Source: Nitratidesulfovibrio vulgaris str. Hildenborough (GTDB lineage: Bacteria; Desulfobacterota; Desulfovibrionia; Desulfovibrionales; Desulfovibrionaceae). From it: DNA of 32,000 nt. The translations under genes and the position numbers were made by a program. Of this stretch, positions 8,601 through 17,109 are shown piece after piece. Location of the stretch: NCBI RefSeq assembly GCF_000195755.1, contig NC_002937.3, positions 60,001 through 92,000 on the forward strand, in the 5' to 3' direction. Every line of letters begins with the position of its first letter. Position 1 is the stretch's first letter. The notes under the pieces were generated by a model that worked only from the letters and a program-made list of their open reading frames with translations, searched no databases and had not been told where the DNA came from.

Positions 8601-9385
8601 CGGATGAACGTGCCGATGCCACCGATGTGGAGGGTCTCTATGTGGCGGGGCAGGGGGGAACACGCGTGCCCCTGGCGCAGATCGCAGAGCCTGAATATGG
8701 CATGGAGACGGCGCGCATCTTCCGGCGCAATCAGCAGCGCTGTGTGGTCATATCGTGTTTCCCGCGCGAGGGGGTGCTGCCTTCAGAGGTGGTGGCCCGC
8801 GCCATGCCCGCCATCGGGCGTTTCAGGGCGGACCTGCCCCCGGGCTTCCGGCTGGAGTTCGGCGGCGAGCATGAAGAGCAGGTGAAGGGGTTCAAGGAGC
8901 TGGCGGGGGTGATGGGCATCTCCATCGCCATGATCTACATGGCGTTGCTCTTCCAGTTCCGCAATGCCGTGAAGCCGCTCATCGTCTTCGCCGCCATCCC
9001 CTACGGCATGACGGGGGCGTTCGCTGCCCTGCGTCTCATGGGACAGCCTTTCGGCTTCATGGCATTCCTCGGCATCGCCAGCCTCATCGGTGTCATCGTC
9101 AGCCATATCATCGTGCTGTTCGACTTCATCGAGGAGAAGCGCGAAGAGGGTGAAGACCTTCGGACGGCCCTGCTGGATGCGGGCATCGTACGCTTGCGGC
9201 CGGTCATGATCACCGTGGCTGCCACGGTCATCGCACTCTTCCCTCTGGCGCTGCACGGTGGTGCATTATGGGAACCGCTGTGCTATGCACAGGCTGGCGG
9301 ACTGACGGTCGCCACGTTCGTGACCCTGCTCATGGTTCCCGTCCTGTATGCCATCGCGGTGCTCGACCTGAAGGTCGTGAAATAG
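5675..9385 (+). CDS. RND efflux permease (AcrB/AcrD/AcrF superfamily), 1236 aa, with a ~180-aa insertion in the first periplasmic loop
   Basis: TM1 is IGWVLLVATLVWGVWAW. Conserved RND transmembrane motifs are present (SIASLILALGLLVDDPVV; GIASLIGVIVSHIIVLFDFIEE). It has the two-fold repeat architecture with two large periplasmic loops. Confidence 0.9.
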   Translation: MSEGGHNDERWLHTRNSARFFVEQRHIGWVLLVATLVWGVWAWHAMPQRKDPEIPVRAAAVLVAWPGAPAERVEERITRRVEEAVGGNKWVEKIESVSRTGLSVVTLHLHERVAQTDTVLDDIGFRLQEVGQLPDGAGPLTYIKDFGDTSTLMLTVASPRVSGVELDMRAVGVARAVRALRNDAAGEARAEGGVMARASQARVGASGAVATGRRDVPRTGVAKAEEGTPLPAINDAGAGRMAVAWVAPSAMDDAVLRRLGGLAADWLVAHGDATAPRLHTEPGLVVLDVSTRHDAAALSARLAVFRAERVGANALHPDLWEPAVFASGDDARAALEAVAADRYSWRDLEAYTEKVRATLERLGSVGKVSRWGVRPETIFIDWSQERLASLGLDPQQVAQTLAARNTSLPGGQLETRGRGVLLDSEGELRSATDLAEVMVATSASGAPLYLRDVADVTRSYRAPVENLNHFVHRDADGTWRRGKAITLAVEMRSGEHIDAFSREVDAALGDLTQRLPEDLLVVRTSDQPRQVTEKVDLFTLSLEEAVVLVVAVAFIGFREWRSALLMALSIPLTLAMTFGMMHLLGIDLQQISIASLILALGLLVDDPVVAGDAIKREIAEGRPRRLAAWLGPTKLARAILYATITNIVAYLPFLLLTGDKGRFLYSMPIVVACSLVASRIVSMTFIPLLGSVLLDAGRREGTVEERRARGLGRLYYAVGGWAIDHRWKVLAGSLLLVVAGFWLQGQLKPQFFPKDRSYLSYVDLWLPEDATVEATARVAADAARIVTDRVAAFDAETGRAAKGLPPALRSVTVFTGGGGPRFWFSVTPELRQPNYAQLLVEVSDNHLTKELIGPLQQALSERLPSARADVMELENGPPIGVPVQLRLYGDDIPALRAESERLKAILRADPDATRVKDNWGADTFVARLRVDPDKAALSGVTMLDVARATGNAATGTTVTALREGRLTVPVVSRLRPDERADATDVEGLYVAGQGGTRVPLAQIAEPEYGMETARIFRRNQQRCVVISCFPREGVLPSEVVARAMPAIGRFRADLPPGFRLEFGGEHEEQVKGFKELAGVMGISIAMIYMALLFQFRNAVKPLIVFAAIPYGMTGAFAALRLMGQPFGFMAFLGIASLIGVIVSHIIVLFDFIEEKREEGEDLRTALLDAGIVRLRPVMITVAATVIALFPLALHGGALWEPLCYAQAGGLTVATFVTLLMVPVLYAIAVLDLKVVK

Positions 9386-9410
9386 ACTTCCCATTGTTCG
9401 TTTAAACAGG

Positions 9411-9439
9411 TTGACGGCGGAGTGGGTTGTCTGTAGATA
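9411..9439 (+). promoter_or_regulatory. Sigma70-like promoter candidate for the second efflux operon
   Basis: TTGACG (9411-9416), a 17-nt spacer, then TAGATA (9434-9439). It lies inside the only clearly AT-rich island of the window (9386-9480). Confidence 0.4.
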
Positions 9440-9450
9440 ACGCAAGAATA

Positions 9451-9464
9451 ATTAGCTTGCTAAT
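9451..9464. promoter_or_regulatory. Palindrome ATTAGC-TT-GCTAAT just downstream of the putative -10; candidate repressor (MarR?) operator
   Basis: Read directly from the sequence. GCTTGCT recurs at 9455-9461 and 9474-9480. Confidence 0.35.
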
Positions 9465-9539
9465 AAGTAACAGGCTTGCTCCGCCTGCGGGACGACTTCG
9501 CTACGGGGCGCATATCTTGCCGACATTCCCGGAGGAAAC

Positions 9540-10724
9540 ATGGCTTTGAGGTTCTTCATGGGGCAGCGGGTGCTGCCTTTCGTGCTGGTGGTCGCCATGA
9601 TGGCGGCGCTTACGGGGTGCAAGGAAGAGGCCCAGAAGGGGGCACCGCCCGCTCCTCTCGTCGAGGTGAAGACCATCACCGCAGGCGATGTGCCCGTGAC
9701 CAGCGAATATGTGGCCCAGACAGCGGGTTCGCGCGAGGTCGAGGTCAGGGCCCGCGTCACAGGCATCCTGCTCAAGCGCACCTACACCGAAGGGCGCCCC
9801 ATCAAGAAGGGCGCACTCATGTTCGAGATCGACCCCGATACGTACAAGGCGGCGCTCGATCAGGCCGAAGGCCAGCTGGCACAGGAGCAGGCGCGCCTTT
9901 CCCGTGCCCGTCTCGAACGTGACCGCGTTCTCGCCCTCTACGCCGACAACGCCGTCAGCCAGAAGGACCGCGACGATGCCGTGACGGAGTTCGACTCTGC
10001 CAGCGCTGCCGTCAAGGTGGCACAGGCCCGTGTCAAGGAGGCCCGCATCAACCTCGGCTATACCCGCGTCGATGCGCCCATCGCCGGGGTCACCAGCAAG
10101 GAGGTGCGGTCGGAGGGTAGCCTTGTCAGCCCTTCCGCCGACGGCAGCCTGCTCACGACGATCACGAGACTCGACCCCCTGTACGTCAACTTCGGGGTTC
10201 CCGGTACCGAGATGAGTTCGCTGCGTCGCCTCATCGAATCCGGCAAGGCCGAGATGCCTGCCGACGGCCTTGCGGTACAGCTGACCCTGCCTGACGGCAC
10301 GGTCTACGCCCGCACCGGCAAGATCACCTTCACCGACAAGCAGGTCGACCAGACCACCGGCACCGTGCGCAGCCGCGCCGAGTTCCCGAACCCCGAAGCC
10401 GAGGTGATGCCCGGTCAGTTCGTCCGGGCCAAGGTCCTCGGCCTCGTGCTCAAGAACGCCATCATCGTGCCGCAGCGTGCCGTTCTCGAAACCCAGAAGG
10501 GCCCCATGGTCTATGTGGTCGGTTCCGACATGGTCGCCAACCTGCGCCCCGTGGTCGTGGCCGAGGCTCTCGGCGGCGACTATCTCATCGAGAAGGGTCT
10601 TTCGGGCGGCGAGACCATCATCGTGGAGGGCATCATCAAGGCGCGACCCGGCCAGCCCGTGCGCGTGGCCCAGCCCGCCAACGGGGCCGCCCCCGCAGCC
10701 GCCCAGCCCGGCGCAGCCAGCTAG
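9540..10724 (+). CDS. Multidrug efflux RND periplasmic adaptor (AcrA/MexA-like), lipoprotein
   Basis: GGAGGA Shine-Dalgarno upstream and a lipobox (ALTGC). Typical AcrA motifs are present (VEVRARVTGIL..EG..KKGALMFEIDP, LGYTRVDAPIAGV, GQFVRA). Confidence 0.9.
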   Translation: MALRFFMGQRVLPFVLVVAMMAALTGCKEEAQKGAPPAPLVEVKTITAGDVPVTSEYVAQTAGSREVEVRARVTGILLKRTYTEGRPIKKGALMFEIDPDTYKAALDQAEGQLAQEQARLSRARLERDRVLALYADNAVSQKDRDDAVTEFDSASAAVKVAQARVKEARINLGYTRVDAPIAGVTSKEVRSEGSLVSPSADGSLLTTITRLDPLYVNFGVPGTEMSSLRRLIESGKAEMPADGLAVQLTLPDGTVYARTGKITFTDKQVDQTTGTVRSRAEFPNPEAEVMPGQFVRAKVLGLVLKNAIIVPQRAVLETQKGPMVYVVGSDMVANLRPVVVAEALGGDYLIEKGLSGGETIIVEGIIKARPGQPVRVAQPANGAAPAAAQPGAAS

Positions 10725-10739
10725 CCCGGAGGAACCCGG

Positions 10740-13700
10740 ATGTTCTCTCGCTTTTTCATCATGCGGCCCATCTTCGCCACGGTCGTCTCGCTGGTCATCA
10801 TACTGGCGGGCTTCATGGCGATGCGCGGGCTGCCCATCGCACAGTATCCCGACATCATCCCGCCGCAGGTCGAGGTCGAGGCCACCTACTCCGGGGCCAG
10901 CCCCGAGGTCGTGGCCGCCACCGTTGCCGCGCCGCTCGAACAGCAGATCAACGGCGTGGACAACATGCTGTACATCAACTCCACCAGTTCGAGTACAGGC
11001 ACCATGAACCTCATGGTGACGTTCGAGGTGGGGACCGACCCCGACCAGGCGACCATCAACGTCAACAACCGGGTGCAGGCCGCGTTGCCGCAGCTGCCCG
11101 AAGACGTGCGCCGCCGCGGCGTCACGGTGACCAAGAAGTCGTCGAACATGCTTCAGGTCATCTCCATGAACTCGCCCGACGAGCGGTACGACACCATCTA
11201 CATCAGCAACTATGCGCTGGTGAACGTCATCGATGAACTGCGCCGTCTCAAGGGCGTGGGTGACGTGGTGCTGTTCACGGCGCAGGACTACTCCATGCGC
11301 GTGTGGTTGCAGCCCGACAAGATGGCCCAACTGCGCCTCACGCCTTCTGACGTCATCGGTGCCATCCAGGAGCAGAACGCCCAGTTCGCCGCCGGTCGCA
11401 TCGGGCAGCAGCCGCTGCACGACCCGGTCGAACTGACCTTCATGGTCAACACCAAGGGGCGCCTCTCCACCCCTGAAGAGTTCGAGAACATCATCCTCCG
11501 CGTCGAGGAGGACGGCTCGACCCTCAAGCTCAAGAGTGTGGCCCGCGTCGAACTCGGCGCCAAGGACTACAACTTCATGGGCAAGGAGAACGGCAAGCCC
11601 ACGGTTCCCATCGGCATCTTCCTCGCGCCGGGGGCCAACGCGCTGGAGACGGCAGACCGTGTCAGCGCGGCCATGGCCGAGATGTCGCTGCGTTTCCCCG
11701 ATGGTGTGAGCTATTCCATACCGTACGACACCACCAAGTTCGTGCGCGTCTCCATCGACGAGGTGGTCAAGACGCTGTTCGAGGCCATGGTGCTGGTGTT
11801 CATCGTCATCTACCTGTTCCTGCAGAACTGGCGTGCCACCATCATTCCCTGCCTCGCCGTCCCGGTGTCGGTCATCGGTGCGTTCGCGGGCATGTACATG
11901 CTCGGCTTCACCATCAACACGCTGACCCTCTTCGGTCTGGTTCTTGCCATCGGCCTCGTGGTCGACGACGCCATCATCGTGCTCGAGAACGTCGAGCGCA
12001 TCATGGCCGAAGAGCACCTGCCGGTGAAACAGGCCACCATCAAGGCCATGCACGAAGTGGCCAGCCCCATCGTCGCCACCGTGCTGGTGCTGTGCGCGGT
12101 GTTCATCCCCGTCGCCTTCGCGGGCGGCCTCGCGGGGCAGATGTACAAGCAGTTCGCCATCACCATCGCGGTGTCCATGGCCATCTCCGGCCTTGTGGCG
12201 CTGACCCTTTCGCCCGCCCTGTGCGCCATGTTCCTGAAGCCGGGCCATCAGGAGCCCAACAGGTTCTTCCGCTGGTTCAACAACTGGTTCGAAGGCGTCA
12301 CCAACCGCTATACGGCGGGCGTCACGTTCCTGCTCAAGCGCATGGCGCTGGGCCTTGTGCTCTTCGCCGGGTTGTGCGGTGTGACGTGGCACCTGTTCAG
12401 TATCGTGCCCGGCGGCCTCGTGCCCGACGAAGACCAGGGGTATGTCATGGCCATGGCCATCCTGCCCGACGGTTCGGCCCTCAACCGCACGGAAGTGGTC
12501 ACCGACCGTCTTGCCAAGGCGGCCTCCAACGACTCCAGCGTACAGAGCGTCATGGCCTTCACCGGCTACGATGCGGTCTCCGGCACCAACAAGCCCAACA
12601 CGGGCTTCAGCTGGATCATGCTGAAGCCGTGGGAAGAGCGCAAGGAGGAGTCGGAATCGTCATACTCGGTGGTGCAGCGCATCTTCAGGGAAGGTGCGGG
12701 CTATACCGAGGGCGTCGTCATCGCCTTCAACCCCCCGCCCATCTCGGGCATGAGCACCACGGGCGGCTTCGAGGTGTACCTGCAGAACCGTGGCACCGGC
12801 GACAGCAAGGAGCTTGCGGCCATGGTGCAGAAGTTCGTTGGCGCGGCCCAGAAGCGTCCTGAACTTGCAGGCGTCTCATCCACCTTCGGTGCCAATACCC
12901 CGCAGCTCTTCGTGGAACTCGACCGTAACCGCGCCAAGGCGCTGGGCGTGTCCATCAATGAGCTGTTCGCCACCATGCAGTCGACGTTCGGTACCTACTA
13001 CGTCAACGACTTCAACAAGTTCGGACGTACGTTCATGGTCATGGTGCAGGCAGATGCCCAGTACCGCGACAACCCCGACGACCTCACGAAGGTGTACGTG
13101 CGCTCGAACAAGGGCGACATGATCCCGCTCGCCTCGCTCATCAAGGTGGAGCGCATCACGGGGACGGAAGTCGTTGAGCGCTTCAACGTGTTCCCCGCCG
13201 CGAAGATCGTGGGCGGCCCTGCCCCCGGCTACAGTTCGGGACAGGCTCTTGCTGTCATGGAGGAGCTCGCCGCCGAGGTGCTGCCCGCCGAGTATTCCCT
13301 CGGCTGGATCGGCTCGGCCTATCAGGAGCGCCTCACGGGCGGTACCTCGTTCATGGTGTTCGCCCTCGGCCTCGTGATGGTGTTCCTCATCCTCGCGGCG
13401 CAGTACGAGAAGTGGTCGTTGCCCCTGGCGGTCATCATGATCGTGCCCTTCGCCCTGTTCGGTGCCATGGCCGCCACATGGCTGCGTGGCCTCGACAACG
13501 ACGTGTACCTGCAGGTCTCGCTGGTGACACTCATCGGCCTTGCGGCCAAGAACGCCATCCTCATCGTGGAATTCGCCATGATGCAGGTGCATGAGGGCAA
13601 GGGCATCGTCGAATCGGTGACCGAGGCGGCACGACTGCGCTTCAGGCCCATCATCATGACGTCCATGGCCTTCGTGCTGGGCTGCGTGCCGCTGGCCATC

Positions 13701-13880
13701 AGCTCGGGTGCTGGCGCGGCAGGACGGCACGCCATCGGTACCGGCATCATCGGCGGCATGCTGGCGGCGACCTTCATCGCCACCTTCTTCATTCCGCTGT
13801 TCTTTAGGCTTATCATGGAACTGAGCGCCCGTTTCACCGGCGGCCATCAGGCTTCCGGCGACGGGGAGGAGGCACGATGA
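10740..13880 (+). CDS. Multidrug efflux RND permease, HAE1 family (AcrB/MexB-like), 1046 aa
   Basis: The N-terminus MFSRFFIMRPIFATVVSLVIILAG is canonical for AcrB-like pumps. The proton-relay region GLVLAIGLVVDDAIIVLENVER is present. Length is canonical, with a GGAGGA Shine-Dalgarno. Confidence 0.95.
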   Translation: MFSRFFIMRPIFATVVSLVIILAGFMAMRGLPIAQYPDIIPPQVEVEATYSGASPEVVAATVAAPLEQQINGVDNMLYINSTSSSTGTMNLMVTFEVGTDPDQATINVNNRVQAALPQLPEDVRRRGVTVTKKSSNMLQVISMNSPDERYDTIYISNYALVNVIDELRRLKGVGDVVLFTAQDYSMRVWLQPDKMAQLRLTPSDVIGAIQEQNAQFAAGRIGQQPLHDPVELTFMVNTKGRLSTPEEFENIILRVEEDGSTLKLKSVARVELGAKDYNFMGKENGKPTVPIGIFLAPGANALETADRVSAAMAEMSLRFPDGVSYSIPYDTTKFVRVSIDEVVKTLFEAMVLVFIVIYLFLQNWRATIIPCLAVPVSVIGAFAGMYMLGFTINTLTLFGLVLAIGLVVDDAIIVLENVERIMAEEHLPVKQATIKAMHEVASPIVATVLVLCAVFIPVAFAGGLAGQMYKQFAITIAVSMAISGLVALTLSPALCAMFLKPGHQEPNRFFRWFNNWFEGVTNRYTAGVTFLLKRMALGLVLFAGLCGVTWHLFSIVPGGLVPDEDQGYVMAMAILPDGSALNRTEVVTDRLAKAASNDSSVQSVMAFTGYDAVSGTNKPNTGFSWIMLKPWEERKEESESSYSVVQRIFREGAGYTEGVVIAFNPPPISGMSTTGGFEVYLQNRGTGDSKELAAMVQKFVGAAQKRPELAGVSSTFGANTPQLFVELDRNRAKALGVSINELFATMQSTFGTYYVNDFNKFGRTFMVMVQADAQYRDNPDDLTKVYVRSNKGDMIPLASLIKVERITGTEVVERFNVFPAAKIVGGPAPGYSSGQALAVMEELAAEVLPAEYSLGWIGSAYQERLTGGTSFMVFALGLVMVFLILAAQYEKWSLPLAVIMIVPFALFGAMAATWLRGLDNDVYLQVSLVTLIGLAAKNAILIVEFAMMQVHEGKGIVESVTEAARLRFRPIIMTSMAFVLGCVPLAISSGAGAAGRHAIGTGIIGGMLAATFIATFFIPLFFRLIMELSARFTGGHQASGDGEEAR

Positions 13881-15391
13881 TACGGCGCATGACCGCGATG
13901 CTGCTTGGCGCCGCCCTGCTTTCGGGCTGCGCCATCGGCCCCGACTATCAGAGGCCCGGTATGGACCTGCCCTCCGCATGGCGTGCTGAAAGCGCCGATG
14001 CGGGCATGGTGGCGGGCGAGAAATGGTGGACGCTCTTCGGGGACGCCACACTCGACGCCCTTGAAGAGGAGGCGCTGGCGGCCAACGGCGACCTTGCCAC
14101 GGCCATGGCCAACGTGGATGCTTCGCGGGCACAGCTCACCGTGGCGACATCGTACCTGCTGCCCTCCATCACCGGTCAGGGTTCGTCGGTACGCCAGCGC
14201 GGTTCGGAGCGTGGACAGAATCCGCCCGTCGAAGGCCGCGAGGTGACCGACCTGCACAAGGCTTCGGCCCTTGCCTCGTTCGAACTCGACCTGTGGGGCA
14301 AGTACCGCAGGGCGCATGAGGCCGCACGTGCCGGACTTCTCGGCACCGAGGCCGCCTATGCCACGGTGCGGCTTGCCGTGGTGTCGCAGGTGGCGCAGTC
14401 GTACTTCGGCTTGCGTGCCGCAGACAGGCAGCTCGACATCGCCCGCCAGACCCTCACCTCGCGTGAGGAGTCGCTCAAGATACGAGAAGCCCGCTTCAAC
14501 TCGGGGCTCACCTCCGAGCTCGACTACCGGCAGGCACAGGCCGAGACGGCCTCCGCAAGAGCTTCCGTGCGGCAACTCGAACAGGCCGTGGCCGCTGCCG
14601 AGACGGCACTCTCGTCGCTGCTGGGACGCAGCCCGCGTGACATCGTCGAGCGCAGCCCCGAACGCGGTCTCGACATCGAGACCTTCGCCGTGCCGCCGCA
14701 GATTCCCGCCGGGTTGCCCGCCGGGCTTCTGGCCCGTCGTCCTGACGTGGCGCGCGCCGAGGCCGACCTGCATTATGCCACCGCCTCCATCGGCGTGGCC
14801 AAGGCCGACCTCCTGCCCGCCATCTCCCTGACGGGGCTCATGGGGTATGAGAGCATAGACCTCACCCGTCTCGTGTCCTCGTCATCGGGGACCTGGAGTT
14901 ACGGGGCCAGCGCCACCATGCCGTTGCTCGACTTCGGGCGTACCCTCGCCAACATCGACATGGCCGACGCCAAGCAGCGTGCGGCACTCGCCGCCTATGA
15001 GCAGGCCGTGCGTGACGCCTTCCGCGAGACGCAGGACGCCCTCGTGGCCAATCGCAAGACGCGGCAGGTGGTGGATGCACAGGCCACGCAGGTGGCGGCG
15101 CTCGAGCGTTCGCTCACTCTCGCGCGACTCCGCTATGAGAACGGCTATTCCAGCTACCTCGAAGTGCTCGATGCGGAGCGCAGCCTCTTTCAGGCCCAAC
15201 TGAACCTGGTAGAGGCCCGGCGCAACCAGCTGGATGCGGTGGTGCAGGTCTGCAAGTCGCTTGGCGGAGGATGGAAGGCCCCCGGCGAAGAGGGCGCGGA
15301 TGCTACAGGGGCGGCAGAGGCCGCTTCCGGCGACGCCGATGACGCCGCCCCGCAGGGTGTTGCCCCCACCCCTCCCCGGACGGAGGGCTAA
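13877..15391 (+). CDS. Outer-membrane factor lipoprotein, NodT/OprM family
   Basis: Lipobox LLSGC followed by AIGPDYQRP, the hallmark NodT N-terminus. It has two TolC-like repeats. The start overlaps the pump stop as ATGA. Confidence 0.9.
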   Translation: MIRRMTAMLLGAALLSGCAIGPDYQRPGMDLPSAWRAESADAGMVAGEKWWTLFGDATLDALEEEALAANGDLATAMANVDASRAQLTVATSYLLPSITGQGSSVRQRGSERGQNPPVEGREVTDLHKASALASFELDLWGKYRRAHEAARAGLLGTEAAYATVRLAVVSQVAQSYFGLRAADRQLDIARQTLTSREESLKIREARFNSGLTSELDYRQAQAETASARASVRQLEQAVAAAETALSSLLGRSPRDIVERSPERGLDIETFAVPPQIPAGLPAGLLARRPDVARAEADLHYATASIGVAKADLLPAISLTGLMGYESIDLTRLVSSSSGTWSYGASATMPLLDFGRTLANIDMADAKQRAALAAYEQAVRDAFRETQDALVANRKTRQVVDAQATQVAALERSLTLARLRYENGYSSYLEVLDAERSLFQAQLNLVEARRNQLDAVVQVCKSLGGGWKAPGEEGADATGAAEAASGDADDAAPQGVAPTPPRTEG

Positions 15392-15393
15392 TC

Positions 15394-15861
15394 GTGGGCC
15401 TTGACTATCCCTCCTGGCAGATGGTGGAGGAGAACCCCCGTGAAGGGTTCGGCATGACCGTCGGGGAAGTGGCCCGCCAGTGGCGCATCCTGCTGGATGC
15501 ACGGTTGAAGCCGCTGGGGCTCTCCTTCTCACGGTGGGCCGTGCTGGTCACCCTGCATTTCGAGGGGCCCATGTCGCAGGTCGAGTTGGCACGCTACATA
15601 GGGGTCGAGGCTCCTTCGCTGGTGCGCCAGCTGGACAAGCTCGAAAAGGAAGGTCTGGTGCGTCGTGTCCAGCATCCCGCAGACAGACGCATCAAGGTCG
15701 TCGAGATAGACCCCAGGGCCTTCTCCATCTGCGAAAAGGTGCGCGCCATGGCGCTGCAGCTGCGCGACGAGGTGTTCGAAGGTATCGATGAACCCACCAT
15801 CCGTGCAGCCCATCAGGCCTTGCTGACCATACGCGACCGCATGGCCCGTATGCAGGCATAG
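15394..15861 (+). CDS. MarR-family transcriptional regulator (start uncertain: GTG 15394, ATG 15421 or ATG 15454)
   Basis: The winged-HTH core is LSFSRWAVLVTLHFEGPMSQVELARYIGVEAPSLVRQLDKLEKEGLVRRVQHPADRRIKVVEI. It begins 3 nt after the OMF stop, so it is probably the last gene of the efflux operon. Confidence 0.8.
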   Translation: MGLDYPSWQMVEENPREGFGMTVGEVARQWRILLDARLKPLGLSFSRWAVLVTLHFEGPMSQVELARYIGVEAPSLVRQLDKLEKEGLVRRVQHPADRRIKVVEIDPRAFSICEKVRAMALQLRDEVFEGIDEPTIRAAHQALLTIRDRMARMQA

Positions 15862-15881
15862 GACACATGATCGTATGCTTC

Positions 15882-15898
15882 AGGGGGTGCATCCCCCT
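15882..15898 (+). terminator. Weak terminator-like hairpin after marR
   Basis: AGGGGG-TGCAT-CCCCCT followed by only TTC. A second short hairpin, CCGCC-N6-GGCGG, follows. Confidence 0.3.
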
Positions 15899-15949
15899 TC
15901 AACCGACCGCCTCGCGGGGCGGCTTCATGACAACAGGAGATAGGATTCG

Positions 15950-16858
15950 ATGCAGTTGAAAGAACTCGCCCGCCGTTTCGGTGTGGTGCTGGCGGCCTTC
16001 GGGCTTTCGTTCTCGCTCGTCGGCAGCGCAATGGCCGATGATTCCGTGCTGCGCTATGCCTATGGCGCTGACAGCGACCCCCTGAACATCACCGTCAACG
16101 GGCGTGCCGTGGGTGACGCCGAGGTGGGCAAGGGGAACTTCGGCATCACCGAGTACGGTGCGGGCATCGAGTACAAGTGGTTCAGCATGAGCTACAGCCG
16201 CGCCGACTACAACTGGAGCGACGTGGGCGGCCTGCCTTTCGGCAACGGTTCAGACGACCCGTGGGAAAGCCTCCAGACCCTCACCTTCGGTGCCAAGGCC
16301 GACGGCAGCTTCACCGACACCCTCGGGTGGTTCGCTGGCGGTACTGTCATCTCCGGTTTCGAAGAGGACATGGACGGGTCGTTCAGTCTCTTCTACCGCG
16401 GCGGCATCACCTATCGCTTCAGTGACGAATGGCGTGCCTCGCTGGGTCTCATGGGTATCGCCTCCCAGTTGAACCCCATGGCAGCCCCGGTCATCGGCCT
16501 CGACTGGCGTAGCCCCCGCGACCTCGGCTGGTCGGCGGGTCTCGGCATTCCGGCCACCTTCGTGAACTACCGCTTCAACGACTGGGCCGCACTGCGCGGG
16601 GCCGCCCGCTGGGACCGCAGCCAGCATCGCCTTGCCGACGACAGCCCCGTGTCCGAGAAGGGCTATGTGCAGCAGTCGTCGGTGACCACGGGTGTGTATC
16701 TCGACCTCAGCCCGCTTGAGCGTCTCACCGTCACCGTGGGTGCCGAATACTATCTCGACCGCGAGATGAAGCTTTACGACGAAGACCGCGACGAAATCGA
16801 CACGTGGGACGTGGATAACGCCCTCGGTGGCGTGCTGCGCGTCCGCTACTCCTTCTGA
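15950..16858 (+). CDS. Putative outer-membrane beta-barrel protein, possibly MipA/OmpV-like
   Basis: AGGAGA Shine-Dalgarno upstream. Signal peptide with AMA-DD cleavage site. Alternating-hydrophobic strand pattern with a C-terminal RVRYSF aromatic terminus. From memory, the segment DWAALRGAARWDRSQHRLADDSPVSEKG resembles the C-terminal region of E. coli MipA. That similarity is not verified. Confidence 0.6.
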   Translation: MQLKELARRFGVVLAAFGLSFSLVGSAMADDSVLRYAYGADSDPLNITVNGRAVGDAEVGKGNFGITEYGAGIEYKWFSMSYSRADYNWSDVGGLPFGNGSDDPWESLQTLTFGAKADGSFTDTLGWFAGGTVISGFEEDMDGSFSLFYRGGITYRFSDEWRASLGLMGIASQLNPMAAPVIGLDWRSPRDLGWSAGLGIPATFVNYRFNDWAALRGAARWDRSQHRLADDSPVSEKGYVQQSSVTTGVYLDLSPLERLTVTVGAEYYLDREMKLYDEDRDEIDTWDVDNALGGVLRVRYSF

Positions 16859-16904
16859 TTCCGAGAGGGTGGCTGCCCGCAAGGGCGGTTCCCATCCATA
16901 TGTC

Positions 16905-16925
16905 CGGGGGGCCTTGTGCCCCCCG
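16905..16925 (+). terminator. Terminator-like hairpin after the first beta-barrel gene
   Basis: CGGGGGG-CCTTGTG-CCCCCCG followed by TGCCTGTTTC. A second hairpin, TGCCCGC-CTT-GCGGGCA, lies at 16960-16976. Confidence 0.35.
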
Positions 16926-17109
16926 TGCCTGTTTCATGACCCCTTGGCGCGAAGGTTCGTGCCCGCCTTGCGGGCATCCTGTCCTGACGGGAGAGTCCGG
17001 CCGCAATGCCGACCGTCTCGTCATGCGGCGTCACCAAGGGGCCAGCCATCCTGCGGGCCTGTCGGGCCGGGATAGTACCACCATTCACCACAACGCAAGG
17101 AGGTGCTCC

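Noticed and set aside
9501-12392. A 963-aa minus-strand ORF antisense to the AcrA/AcrB-like genes.
   Set aside because: The composition is Arg/Gly/His/Asp-rich with no recognisable motif. It lies exactly opposite two genes with unmistakable family signatures. It is a typical stop-codon-poor antisense frame in GC-rich DNA.
12876-14132. A 418-aa minus-strand ORF, the 308-aa ORF at 13847..14773, and similar frames opposite the pump and OMF genes. The same applies to 20204..21328(+), 25909..27078(+), 24738..26150(-) and 27103..28197(+).
   Set aside because: The reasoning is the same for all of them. Each is antisense or out of frame relative to a gene with strong family evidence, has a low-complexity Arg/Pro/Gly composition, and has no Shine-Dalgarno.
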